64,000 nucleotides of DNA from Tubiluchus corallicola (Eukaryota > Animalia > Priapulida), in the NCBI GenBank assembly GCA_030141605.1, contig JAQGDQ010000337.1, positions 124,001 through 188,000 of the forward strand. Direction: 5' to 3'. Each line of letters opens with the position of its first letter. The first letter of the stretch is position 1. Positions 1-13,000 of this stretch are shown here, piece by piece. The notes beneath the pieces were generated by a model. That model ran no database searches. It saw only the letters and a program-made list of their open reading frames with translations, and was not told where the DNA came from. The position numbers were made by a program, and so were the translations under genes.

Positions 1-421
1 GGACAGACTTGCATTATGAGACAAAAAAGTGCTTTTATGACTAGTAAAATTCAAATGTTTCCAGTTTTAATAAATAGATGTGTTAAATCAACGTACCTAG
101 TAAAATTCAAATTTAGTAAAATGTTTTAATAAATTAATGTACCAAGCCAATGCACCATATGATTTTAAGTCTGAAATAAACTGTTAACTTTAATAGTTCA
201 AGGACTAATTTGCTCTGTCAGCTTCCTAAGGTGCAAAGAGTATATAATTATTAGTTGTTTAGCTAGTCGACTTGATTAGCAATCTTTGAACTATGCTGGC
301 TATTTCAGATGCAAATCCTGTGATTTCATATTCTGTAATTAATTTTAAACAAACTAAATTGTCAATTATCAATCTTTGGCACCAACAGGTGAAACTAATT
401 ACCGATTTTATACACACTTAC

Positions 422-2051
422 TAGGTACTGCATAGCCAGCTTTCTCCGGAGTGGTCCAGGTGGCCCGATCAGAAAAATGTCCTGCCGTAGTAAATCCTGA
501 AAATACATCACATCCAACTCATGTATGTATGCAATTTCTCATAAGTGTAAAGTGAAATTTTTTAACTTCTACATTGAATTAAAACACATGTAATTTTTGC
601 ATATAATCGCTCAGTTCGAAATCTGAAACTTTTGCTCATTCTTCTAAAAATCCAATTAGAAAAATAAGCTTCATGTTAAAAGAAAACTCTATTTCCACAT
701 TAAAATTTCAACCATATTAACCACTTCCATCACCTTTATACTGCATCAAGCTACTCATTATAAATTCATTATCCTCAATCTCTAGAGCTCAGGAAGCCAA
801 ACATAACAAAAATGTATAATTACAAGCTATTCACGTTTCAATGTGGGACATCTTATATATAACACGTATAGGATAATAAGAACAACACAAAATTAGTCAA
901 GCAAAGATTGCCCCTTGTTATCAGTACCTTTTGCATCATCCATCGCAAGTGCTGCAGTGTAGATTGTGGTATTGGTGATGGCACTATTAAGAAATAAACA
1001 AAAGAACATTGTTTTAAAATCACACTTTACTAAAGTTGCCTTATTTCTTATTTTCTTAAATAAATAATACTTTATTAAATATAATAAGCATTTACAAATA
1101 TTATTTAATGCAGTTCAATTTCTGTCACATTATTCTTACGCATAATTCCAAAGTTGTAAATGCTTACACACACGTGTTGCATAAAATATACCAAGTGCAA
1201 GTGCACTTCAAACGAAAAATTTTACGAGACGCTTAATCAAAATTATAGGATTAAAAATTATACCTAAAAAAAATGAACAAGTTTTTAAAATGGTTAAGTG
1301 GAGCTAAAACTGGCTAAAACATTTGAACACCGAATCACAGAGAAAATCCGAAAAAAGTTTACAATGGTCAGACCAACAGGTGAATCAATGTCTAATGAAT
1401 CAATTACCTTTAATGTCTATTAAAAGATCAGGCAGCAAATTATGAAAACCTGATCAGACATTTCTGAGATTATTCATTGTGTGAGGCACTTTTTAACAAA
1501 AATATTCCAGAGTGAAAAACGTTGTTTTCATTTAGAAAAAATAAAAAACGACACTTACGGTAGTTTACAGGCACAAGCTCTGGATTCTTTGGCGGTCTGA
1601 GTTTTGCGGAAACATCACCAATATTTACAACCAAATCATTAGTTCCTAAAGTGAACAATAAGACATACGTATGTGATTTAGGAATGCGAATAGCTTCAGT
1701 ACTAACCATCAACAAGGATACCCTACACAATTTTTTACTGACACAAAAGAAATTGAAATACAATAACTTTATATACAATAGTTAAAGAAATAAAGAAATA
1801 AAGCCTCATAACCAGTCACCAAACTCTCATACCTATAGGTTACAAATTACAATAAATTGCAGGTATGGCAGGTAGCCTCCTTTCACTTAATAAACACGCA
1901 AGTGAATTACACAGTGAATTCTGCTCAAAGCTGTACCTGTTCCATAACTGTTACACGTTCCTGATGCCAGAACAGAAGTGTTTAAAACTTGTCGTAAAAA
2001 TTTTAACTGCCCAACAGCACTTTCTGCTCTCATGCTCCATAATCGAATCAT
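422..2051 (-). CDS. VWA8: VWA8 (von Willebrand factor A domain-containing protein 8, mitochondrial AAA+ ATPase), first four coding exons; gene continues off the left edge
   Basis: Exons 2051-1937 (MIRLWSMRAESAVGQLKFLRQVLNTSVLASGTCNSYGT, presequence-like), 1645-1559 (GTNDLVVNIGDVSAKLRPPKNPELVPVNY), 983-928 (LPSPIPQSTLQHLRWMMQK), 496-422 (DLLRQDIFLIGPPGPLRRKLAMQYL). All introns GT-AG with compatible phases (1,1,0). The spliced peptide matches the recalled VWA8 N-terminus (VNIGDVSYKLKIPKNPELVP...QHLRWIMQKDLLGQDVFLIGPPGPLRR). Exon 1 is the least certain. Confidence 0.88.
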
Positions 2052-4570
2052 CGATTAAAACAACAATGAAGAGGAAACCACACAGAAATAGATGGTCCTC
2101 GATTATTCATGCGTCATACTGTAACAAAAATTAAACAAAAAGAATATTACAGCATTTTGTCTAAAGCACAATGTTTTCAATACCATCGGTACCAATAAGA
2201 AAGGAAAGACTAAGCTTTCTGCACTTACAATGAAACTTTTAAGCTGAAAATTGAGCAACAAATCAACAGAAGTGTATATCTGACTTATAATCAACCTTGC
2301 ACTGTAATTTATATTAGAAGTGAAAGACGATTAGTAGCATTTACAGTTTCAACTGCAGTAAGAATGCATTTTTGATACATTCAAATGGTAAATTTCGAGA
2401 TGTGCACAGTGTATATCCTAGTCTGTGTGACTCAACTTAAAAAACACAACTTATACCAACAAGTGTGACTTGCTCTAAGTTCTAAAACTCAAATATTGCC
2501 ATACAATTCACAAATTCATCACAATAGCAGTGTAGTACTATTAATTGCAAACAGATTTATTTAGACAACACAAGGTTAAGTCCGTAAACAGCAGATCACT
2601 TTCTCTTATTTACCGAAAAAATCTACCTGAGAATATGAAGTAGTACCTTCCTTAGTATTAAATTTTGATTTTATTAACTACTAAGTTTCACTCAGAGCCT
2701 CAAGTAAGCTAAAAGGTACTGAAACCAGTTACTAATGTTTTATTGACATAAAGCTTTGGCTTTGCCTACCAATTAAATGACAGTTATAAGTCCCTTACAA
2801 CTCAAGGCACACGTGAAACTGATCCACTTTCATAATTTCCATCACTAGCACACTTCAGTTCCACATTGGTTAAACTGAGCAATACGGGGCAGCTTTAAAA
2901 AACAGACAGGAACAACAAAAATAATTTTTAGTGAGCCTAACGACATGACCGGGAAAAGAATATTTAACCCACTAATATAACCACTGATCCCCCGCACGAG
3001 GGTGGAAATTTAATAGAGCGCACTACATTTGTACTTGCAAAAACATAGAATAAACTTGATGCGCATGAGTAAAAAATCTCCACAATAAAAAAGAAGATAC
3101 AACACTTCAATTCAGTTGTTAGGTAAGAAAAAAGCAAATAATCATTTAGTTGGTCAGTAACATTACTATTTTTTGTTTTGTATTATTATTAATGTATTCG
3201 GTGAGAAACCACAGATAATATCGTGTGAAAAAGAGGAAATCATGAAAACAAACACAATAAGAAAACACTAAGAGCAGTAATCACAAGTTTGCAACACGTT
3301 TGAAAAAAAGACAAAAGGTCTCGACAGCAGTTAATCTATTGAGATATGTAAGAACACAAGAAGAAACTTCTAGTAGAAAGTCCCTGACATTGTACAACAT
3401 GAATAATGCTTCAAATTTGTCTTCATAGTTTTTTTCTACAGTTTGACAATTCTGCAAGTCAGCATCTAGCATTTAAAGGCAAAGCCTATTTAATTATATA
3501 AATAGTTGTGGCAGAACTGGAATTCAGAGAAATAACAAGATAGTCCATTAAGTCGAAATGGAAAACAAGCAATTAAAGGTTTCGTAACTATTAGCAATTG
3601 TACATTCGTCCTCCACAAAACGGTTCAACCCCTGGTAGATTTCAAACATTTTTGGCTTATTTAATTCAAGTTAATTGGTGATTTAAATTAATACACAAAG
3701 TGTATGGAAAAACTAAATTCTTTCCTAAGGTAAATGCATTTATAGTAGTTACAAAAATAATGCCATTAAGTAATTATAAAAAATAACTTTCTGTGAAAGT
3801 AAAATAACATCTGCGTGCCAAATTTTAGTTTTTACTCAAACATTGCAGTTAAACAAGTGTGTGTATTAATTAGCACAAAGTTGCATTCTTCGGTATTGTT
3901 ATGCAGTATGCACTCAGTTGATAGCCTTTTGAAGTTGGAACACGAACTACTGAAAAAATGAAACTACTACAACTGCAGGAAGTACTGAGCAAATACCACT
4001 GAAGAGTTTGCTAGACATATTACTGGACGTCCTTAGGTATATTAATACAACGTGTGTTAAATATGCACACCACAGGCCTATTTGTAACTACATGTAGTTA
4101 AATTTTTATTTGAAAAAGTGATAGCATCACCAGGACAATTAAAATGAAAATGGTCAATACCATTTCACGTTTTACTTATAATTGGTTCTGACCAGTAGGA
4201 AATGATACACTTTTTTAAAAAAAACCAATAACCTTTTTCATATGGCAAATGTATTTAATTTTGTCTAAATTTAATTTCACAACAAGCATGATATACAGTG
4301 GTGAAATGAACAATTGTCTGATCTTAAACATGCCAATTGTAGTACCTTGAATGCAATCGAAATGCTAGTCGGAATAGAATATGTTGTAATGTAGTGAAAA
4401 GAAAAAGATTGCACAGATTGTTGGTAGATTCTGAGTGTAAATGAAAGTTTGTTTATCGATTTTGTACGAAAGTGAGAAATTAAATCACAACATCAAAAAT
4501 ACATTTACAGCACTATTATAAATATATCTCAAGATTTCCAAAAACAATTTACTAAATAACATTTTGCTCA

Positions 4571-6583
4571 TCATTGCTTACTTGCAGCTGCTACACCTGC
4601 AATTGTTTCACCCAAAGTTTCCAAAATTTCTTTGCGATACTCATCAAAATCACCATCAATTTCCTCAACTGACTGATCTTCTACAATCCATAGCTGACAG
4701 TCAGTTTCACGTATCATTCTCTCATCATGCGACACGATCACAACGCCTCCTTCAAAATTATTGATAGCATCCGAGAGGGCATCAATGGACTCCAAATCCA
4801 GATTGTTTGTCGGTTCGTCCAGAATAAGAACATCAGGAGCACGAAGGGCAAGCTCAGCCAACGCTACTCTTGCTTTCTGTCCACCAGAGAGATCACGATT
4901 CTTGATCGTATGAGCATGACCGGCCAAACCTTGACTACCCAGACATTTGCGGGCACTTTGATAATCGAGATTAAACAATCTTCTAAGATACTCCACTGGT
5001 GACTCATCTAAAGTGAGGTGCTCACCAGAATGCTGATCAAATTTTCCTATTCTCAGTCGATGATTTTGCCTTTGTTCGCCGCTGTCGGGTTGTAATTTCC
5101 CAGTAAGCAATTTCAAAAGCGTACTTTTACCTACTCCATTTGGTCCGACAATGGCAATCCTGCTAGACATGTCAATTCCAAAATCTACATCAATGAATAG
5201 CGGTTTCTGTCCCGGATAGCCAAAATTTACAGAATGAAGCCCTAGAATTGGCGGCTGCAGTGGTGGTGGTTGTGGGAATCTGAATTTTACAATATACTCC
5301 TTTGGTCGTTGAAGCAATTCAACAGGACCTGTGTCTTCCTCAGCTTGTACTTGTTGCTTAGTTTTGTTCTTTTCCTGCTTTTTAGTTAGCGCTTGTTTGG
5401 CAACCTTTTCTGCTGCTTTGCCAGACTTTCCAGAAGATTTCATTTCTTTAATTCGTTTCTCCTGCTTTTCGTACTCTTTCAGTTGCTCCTTCCTTTTCTG
5501 TAAAAGCATCTTCTTAAACTGGGAGTAATTTCCTCTATAATAAAATAATTTCTGTTGATCAAGATGGATGATATCTGTGCAAACATTGTCCAAAAAACTT
5601 TGATCGTGGGAAACTACAAGCAGTGTCTTTTTCCATTGTTGTAAATAATTATCTAGCCAAATAACAGCATTTAAATCTAGATGGTTAGTAGGTTCATCTA
5701 ACATCAACAAAGTCGGTTCTACGAACAATGCCCTTGCTAAAGACACACGCATTCTCCACCCACCAGAGAACTGATTTGTTGCACGGCTTTGCATTTCAGT
5801 ACTAAAACCTAAACCAGCAAGAATTCGTCGAGCTCGAGGCTCAGCTGAATGAGCTCCAATGGCTTCTAGCTCCTCATAAACCTCCTGAAGGCGCTCAGAA
5901 CTATCGCTGCTTCCTTTCTCAGCTAGAGCCATTAATTTTTTCTCTTCCTCTAGCAAGTCTAACCGTTTGGTATCGGCCTTTAAAACTGCATCAATAGCTG
6001 GAGTTTCATCTGCTTCGACCTCCTGTTCACAAAGCAACACATCGATGTTCTCAGGTATATTCAGTGATCGATTAGCAATGTGCACTAGCAAAGTTGTCTT
6101 TCCATGTCCGTTAGGACCCACCAATCCATAACGCCTCCCTTTTGTAATTGCAAGGTTAGCATTAACAAAAAGATCCTTTCCTCTGGCTGCAATTGAAAAA
6201 CTATCAATTTTTATGTCAACTGCACTATCCTGAATTTGTTTGTTAGCAGATTTAACTTGTTGGGATAAAGAAAACTGCCCACCATCTGTACCACCTTTCA
6301 AAGCCTCCATTTGCCTTTGAAATTCCATCTGCTTTTGTAACTTCTTACGTTCTTTTCGACTCATTATTGGCTCCTTCTGGCTTTCACTGTCGTCATTCGT
6401 ACTTTCGGCTGTTGAATTAACAGTGCCTTTACTTGCGTCATCAACATTACTATCACTGTCTACATCAGCATCGTCTTCACCGCCACCACTACCATCGTCC
6501 TTTATGTCTAATTGTTGCATTGCTTCAGTAGCAAGTTCTTCTTTCTTTGAAGATACCTTCTTTGCTTTAGATTTCTTAGGCAT
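4571..6583 (-). CDS. ABCF1: ATP-binding cassette sub-family F member 1 (ABC50), 670 aa, intronless
   Basis: Single ORF with a K/D/E-rich N-terminus and two NBDs: Walker [10 protein letters not shown] and GPNGVGKST, signatures FSGGW and LSGGQ, Walker [13 protein letters not shown] and [12 protein letters not shown]. No TM segments. ABCF1-like segments [20 protein letters not shown] and [15 protein letters not shown]. Confidence 0.95.
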   Translation of the reverse strand: MPKKSKAKKVSSKKEELATEAMQQLDIKDDGSGGGEDDADVDSDSNVDDASKGTVNSTAESTNDDSESQKEPIMSRKERKKLQKQMEFQRQMEALKGGTDGGQFSLSQQVKSANKQIQDSAVDIKIDSFSIAARGKDLFVNANLAITKGRRYGLVGPNGHGKTTLLVHIANRSLNIPENIDVLLCEQEVEADETPAIDAVLKADTKRLDLLEEEKKLMALAEKGSSDSSERLQEVYEELEAIGAHSAEPRARRILAGLGFSTEMQSRATNQFSGGWRMRVSLARALFVEPTLLMLDEPTNHLDLNAVIWLDNYLQQWKKTLLVVSHDQSFLDNVCTDIIHLDQQKLFYYRGNYSQFKKMLLQKRKEQLKEYEKQEKRIKEMKSSGKSGKAAEKVAKQALTKKQEKNKTKQQVQAEEDTGPVELLQRPKEYIVKFRFPQPPPLQPPILGLHSVNFGYPGQKPLFIDVDFGIDMSSRIAIVGPNGVGKSTLLKLLTGKLQPDSGEQRQNHRLRIGKFDQHSGEHLTLDESPVEYLRRLFNLDYQSARKCLGSQGLAGHAHTIKNRDLSGGQKARVALAELALRAPDVLILDEPTNNLDLESIDALSDAINNFEGGVVIVSHDERMIRETDCQLWIVEDQSVEEIDGDFDEYRKEILETLGETIAGVAAASKQ

Positions 6584-9043
6584 ATTTATAAGATTTCAGA
6601 GTAAAACAACAACTTTTAAGAACGTAGCATACGCCGACCAAAATTTCGCAATTTTCGACGTGTGTGAATAAGCAATATGACAACTCTTGTAAATTTTGAA
6701 GCAGAGCTGTAGTGACACGTTGGCGTGACTGTGTCATAGATATGGAAGAATAGTACGGGCCAACGGCTAGTCGGTTACTACGGCGGCTAGCGAACTCTGT
6801 CATTGCCAGCAAATTAACTGATCGAAATGTTTAAATTCAAGGCACTTAAAACTTTACAAAGTGCAGGCAAATGTTTGTAAACTTAAGCGAGTTCCTGTCC
6901 AAGAAACCTCTGGATAAATTATAAAAGTTTTGGACGGCTCGCTATCCGCTCTCCTTTTGACTTATTACTAGCAATTCAGCTTTATTTACCTGTATACTAT
7001 TCATCAATTGCACCCTTATAGACTAGAAGTGGTTACTGTACATTTGTAAATTGGATAAAAATAAATAAATTTCAATTTCAGGTATGCTGTACTGTTTAGC
7101 GTATTGGCATTTTTAGCTTTTTATAAAGGGAACTATAAGTTTTTTCTGCACTGTACTCGTTTTTCGGAACCACTTGTTTCACTCAACATTTCTCACCTAT
7201 TTTTTTTTTACTGTAAAGTGCTTCTAGCGTGTTATAAGTTTGTAGGCCTATATACAAACAATAAAGGAAACCAACTCTTAAACCACAATCATCGTGTAAG
7301 GCAAATCCAGACATTATAAATCTTGTAAATCACTTTTGACCTTAAACAAAATACTAAGTCACTGACTACCAACTAGTTTGTCTACCACATGGTATTACAG
7401 ATTGTCCACTTCTGTTTTCTTTTTTGGATTGCATATGCACGACTTTTAGCAATGAAATGATCGGTGAAAAGTTCACTGATTTCTTCACTAAAATCTACAA
7501 CTGCATACCTAGTTAGAAACGTAAACATCGGCAGCAAAAAGAAAAAACAATTAAATTTCAAAACATTTTGCAGTTCTGTACAAGTGATCATTAACCTCCA
7601 TTACTGTTGCGATGGCTAAACTAACCAGCATGACCTTAAGCCACATACTCAAGGTCATCAACTGCTCCAAAAGATTAATACCTGCTCATTTATATTACAA
7701 ACAGTTACATTTTTGCGCTACACTCATCAATATGTACTACACAATTTCTTATGACTATTCAAAAATGAGGAACCAAAATTATTACTGAGAAATATGTTAC
7801 AACTTTTTATTAACGCATAAACATGGCTTAAACAAACACCATAAACAACATTAATGCACATTTATCACCACAGATCACTTAATAATAAATCTTTGAGGCT
7901 TATTTTAACCAGAGAAACTCTTAAAAACAGATTTAAAATACACAAGAGTAAGAAAACATTGACTTTAAATATTTAGCACTAGTACTGTAACAAAACTCAG
8001 GGGAAATAAGTATATAAGTCCAAAAAATGGACAATATCACGTTTAATTAAATCAAATTTATAATGCAGGCTTAGGAAATACACAATGAAACTGATGACAA
8101 TTTGCAACATTAATCTGCAGTATTAGCAAGGAGTTCCTCTTTTTAAATTTCCTTCTCTTTTTGTGCACTTTTTGTATTTTCAAGTAAAAATGATACATTA
8201 AATTTAATTTTACACAAAATTATAACTGTTTTAATACTTTTCTTAAATGAACATGACGACCTATTTAAAAAAAAGCATGTCCCACCTCTTCTAAGTGGGA
8301 ATAAACAAAAGAAGGAAATATAAAGGTGTATTTGAAATTACAATAATTTAAAGGATTGAGACCAGATAACAAAGCACTATGTTTCAAATGGGATCCGTTT
8401 TAAAGCTTGCGAGGTTTGGAAAACAGCAACTAAAATTTTTGCTGGTAACACGACTAATCTCGAGTGAGAGTTTAACTTAAAATATCAGGTATTAATAAAA
8501 AATCTAATCCCTTTTGGACTTTTAATCATCAATTTGTGTAATTTTTTTTACGATTTTCTTTACGTGACATGAAAGTATCTTAAATTATCTTTTTGCAATA
8601 CACATTTTTTGTTATTGACAGTCAATGAATTGCACCTGTCAAGCTGTGAACTTACAATAAGTTCTTTTACAGTTTGCACGGCTCACTCGGAATACAAGCT
8701 GGAATCCAGTACGCATTTCAATGTACCAGTACTAGGATGTGGTCCATTAACAAAATCCAAGGATTAGATTTTGTTAATCTAATCTGTAAGACACTAAATC
8801 TTTCTTAAGCAAGGTGAACAATAAGAACCAGCATGGCAAAAAATATTCAGAGTAACTGCTAACTCTTGCGGTAACTCATCCAACTCACTATCCAGAGTAA
8901 CTGCGAACTCTTGCGGTAACTCATCCAACTGACCAAACAGATTCAGTCTCGCTTAAAGACCACACATTAAGAAAGACATTACGCTTACAACAATTAGCCC
9001 AGCGGCTAACTAACTGAAGGTGATGGAAGTACTGAAACATTAT

Positions 9044-9116
9044 GGATCGACCAGGATTCAAACCAGAACCTCCCTGCTCACATGGCGGGTTGCTCTACCA
9101 TTTGAGCTATTGGTCC
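9044..9116 (-). mobile_element. tRNA-derived SINE head / tRNA pseudogene
   Basis: Minus strand GGACCAATAGCTCAAATGGTAGAGCA...GGTTTGAATCCTGGTCGATCC has Pol III A- and B-box-like motifs, but the acceptor stem has 2 mismatches and the anticodon loop is non-canonical. Confidence 0.6.
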
Positions 9117-9649
9117 AACTTAACAGAGCTAGTCTGAATTCACATCCTAACAGCACACAATCAATCAGAGATACATACATACTGTTACCAATTAGCTTGT
9201 CCTCTTGTTCCAAAGATGCCTGTATGTGTGAGACTAACTCATTGAGAGGCACATTGCACAGAAAAACAAACAAGTGGATAAATGAATAGATCTTCTTTCA
9301 CGAACCCCCTTTTTTTGTATGACAGCTGTTAATAACATTGTTAATTAACACACTATTCCATCAGAATGAGATTACCATAATACACAAGAAAAAATTACAC
9401 CTACCAATACTACGCATTCTCACAAATGATCCATACAGTATTATACAACAGTTTTACACTGGTTAATTACAGTAATTTGAGGTGGGGGAAGTGCATTTTA
9501 TTTAAATACAAACTAATATGACATGTTGTAACATGTCATTTTTTTCTGATAAATATACACAACAAAACACCACTGGAATATCACGTACCATGCCAATGAA
9601 AATGGCAATAAAATGTGAATATATGACAGATATTCATGGAACGCAGGTA

Positions 9650-9985
9650 CAAGTATCAAACACAGATACTAATACTAGGCACAGATACCGATATCGAGCA
9701 CAGATGCTGATACCAAACACAGATAACGGTATCAAGCACGGATACTGAAACTAAGCACAGATAATGGTATCAAGCACAGATACTGATACCAAACACAGAT
9801 ACCAGTATCAAGCACAGATAGTGATACCGAGCATAGATACTGGTATCAAACACAGATACTAGTATCAAGCACAGATAGTGATACCAAGCACAGATATCGG
9901 TATCAAACACAGATACTGATACCGAGCATAGATATTGATATCAAATACAGATACCGGTAACAAGCACAGACAATAATGGAACACA
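9650..9985. repeat. Degenerate 19-bp minisatellite (38-bp dimer periodicity) just downstream of the SPCS2 stop codon
   Basis: Units such as CAAGCACAGATACTGATAC / CAAACACAGATACCAGTAT recur every 19 nt (9771, 9790, 9809...). Confidence 0.85.
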
Positions 9986-10015
9986 GGTAAGAGCAATTAT
10001 GTGTTAAATTGTTGG

Positions 10016-13000
10016 CTATTTTTCTTTTTTCTGGCTCAGTAAGCTATCATGTAATTTCACTATCTCCGGCTCAAATAAATCTACGAGCAAGTTCCCATTT
10101 TCGTCAAACCAACTGGCTACGGACTTTGTGAGATGAACTTCTCGCTGTTTCTTGGTGTGACCGTCGATGAATGTTAACACCAAGTTGTAGATGTCATCAT
10201 ACCTGTTAAAATTACATTGTGTAAGTGCATGAAAAAAGAAAATTACTCTTGTTTTATTTGGTCGTATGAAATCACGTGGTTGAAGTAGAAATTTGCAAAC
10301 AGGTAATTCACCTCAGTCAAATAACCACTCAGACAAATATAGCAAAACTTGCAAAGCGGGTACACTACCAAACGTACTAAAAAAGCCTACCACAAAACCC
10401 TGAAACTACAAATCAACAGGTTTACCACTAAATCTAGTAAACTTTGAAGCCAGATCTGCAATGTCAGCATTGCTACATTTACAACAAAGCAACGTCAATG
10501 CTACAAATTCACTGCTAATCACTGAACACTAAGAGACACACTTCATCACCCACAGAATAAAGAAATGTTCAGTAAATGTGCTTAGACCTAATAAAATATG
10601 CAACAAGTCGTACCGTTTAACAAAGGAACGCAGTTTCCAATGATTGTCCGGGTCAACTCCAGCTTGGTCTTTTTGGACAGCTACCATGAAACAACCCTTT
10701 TCTCTAAACTGAACGTACAGCGTGAGAATGCCCATCATGATGAAATAAGTGCAAATGTTAAAGAAATTCACACGTGAAATTTTACACAAGAGAGGGTTTT
10801 TAAACAGGCTGTCCGAACCTGTTAACTAGTGACCTTTGTCTCTTGAAGTTTTCTCTGTGAAAACTATTTTGCTAATATTGGCATTTAATACCAATTTTAA
10901 GTATTGTACACACACTCAGGTCTCAGTTTGACATTTATAGCAAAATAATTTTTGCATGAAAAAAATCTCAGAACTTTTCTCCACTGTTCCTAATGCTATG
11001 TTAATAAAATCTGTAAAATGGGAAAAAAAGAATAAAAGGAATCAATACTGCCATGGGTAAAGGTGGATTGTGAGCTATAAGGAGGAAATCTTAAGCCTGT
11101 TTTGTCATGTTGGGCCGGAAGCTTAGATGGTAGAGCATGGGAGTATTAATCTCAGGTCTTGGGTTCAAAAACTGACTAATCCGCAATTTGTCAGTGTCAC
11201 CTTTCACCAAAACATCACCCGCAATGGATAATTTATTGGCAAAACAGACTGCAATGGTTTATAAAAATTCTTGCATTCACAGTCACAATTAATTAATTAA
11301 TAAAACAAAATCTCTTTCACAACTTTCATTAAGCATATGCAGGAATCAGTGTCCTAACAAGCTATTTATTTATTCCAGTTGCTTAGCTAATTTCAACATC
11401 AGCTATTAGATGCTAAAGTTATTGATCTGTTATCTATTTGTGAACCAGCAATTGATCAGAATTACAAGGTCTGTAAAAAAGCTTACAAACTGTAATAGTT
11501 GAAAAACTGAAAGAAATATTTGCGCATGAATTTCGCATTTTTATAGTAGATCTAAATGTTACTGTAAATTAAGATTTCATACTATGAATGAATATAAGCC
11601 TCGTAAATGTGGACGCTTTTTCTTGTACACAAAATGAACAACAATTTTTATCCTGCCACTTATTATTATTATTGTTGCTATTATTAACTTTGCTCATATG
11701 CACATTTTCATGTATTTAAAACGATCATATGAAATCTGCTGTATACAGCTTCATTTGGCTGATAAGCCAAGATCAGATTAGATTTGCTTATTAGCTTTGA
11801 GCATCCTGTCATTCAGTTGTAGTTTTGATAATCACGAGCCCCTGGTCAGCAAAGCAGCTACTGTCTAGCTCGAAAGCTTGGCCAGGTAGCTAAGAGACAA
11901 TATAGCAACTTTAAAATCACTAATATTTTCTTTATTATCACTTGTTTAAAAATGATACACGATGTTAACTGTTTATGTAAATCGATTTTTGTACAGATTA
12001 CTAAGTAAGCAAGCTTCCAAGAATTACTAGGAGGCCAAAAAGCTCATTGTTGTTCATGTTCTTATGCACTGTGTCTTTAAGTAAAAATAAGAGTGATGGA
12101 TTTTGTAGCTTATTTAATACAGAACCTCTTGCTACAACACTACAAGCTGTTAAACCATGTACTGATTGTACTGGCTTGCATTTTGCACCACAGCAGTGAG
12201 AAATCACCTATTAAGTCACCTCAAGCTGTTGGCGGTTTTGCTACGAAAAGCTGACATCTAGCGGGCACATATTAAAACAACAACAAAGTGAAAAAGAAAA
12301 CACTTAGTTATAGACACTGATACTACCACTTTAATATATCTTTTTTGCATAACTGGGTACTATGCAAACCACAGTCCAGCAGTCAGTGGAAGGGCTTCTT
12401 TAGTGTCGAAGGTGCAGCAGGATTGGAATCTATCTCATTATCAAAGATAATATCAGGCACCGATAGGCGGATGCACTGACGCATGGGCGTCCGTAGAATT
12501 TGCTGGGTAGATAATCTCGACACTAAACAAATTAAGCTTAAGTAATGGATCATCCACATTGCCGTGTATTACGAACTTGCTTTTAAAATATATATATATA
12601 TCATATACCTACTACAATAGAATACAATGAATATTACCTAGGTAAATGTAGGTAACATATATTTATTAAAGCGGAATTTTTCACGTTTCAGGAAGTCTAT
12701 GTTCGAGAATTTAGATCTCATTTGAGGCCTCCAAAATGTGAATACATACAGGAAAATCCATTGGTGGCTGGGGCTCCGCACCGGACCCCCTAGCTGCTTG
12801 TGTGTAAAATCTTTTAAACTCTGGCGCCGCCGCTGTCTTTAATAGAAATTACTGATACCAAACTTTTCAGGTGTTTTTTTTCAAGAAACCCAAAGCATAA
12901 ACGGATTTTAGAGAAAAACATAAAGAATTTGTCATGCACATCAGCTGACTTTTGCTCCACAAACATGACAGAGAAGAACATCAAGAGATTCGACATGATA

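Noticed and set aside
1470-1778. 102-aa ORF as a standalone gene
   Set aside because: Only 1645-1559 is coding (VWA8 exon 2); the rest is intron read-through.
4564-6671. Plus-strand ORFs overlapping ABCF1
   Set aside because: Antisense shadows of the ABCF1 CDS.
9044-9116. Functional tRNA gene
   Set aside because: Mismatched acceptor and anticodon stems and no U33, so it is better explained as a SINE head.
2052-10015. Operon-like co-transcription of SPCS2, ABCF1 and VWA8 (same strand)
   Set aside because: Gaps of 2.5-3.4 kb between CDSs with separate candidate poly(A) signals and no recognisable trans-splice evidence.
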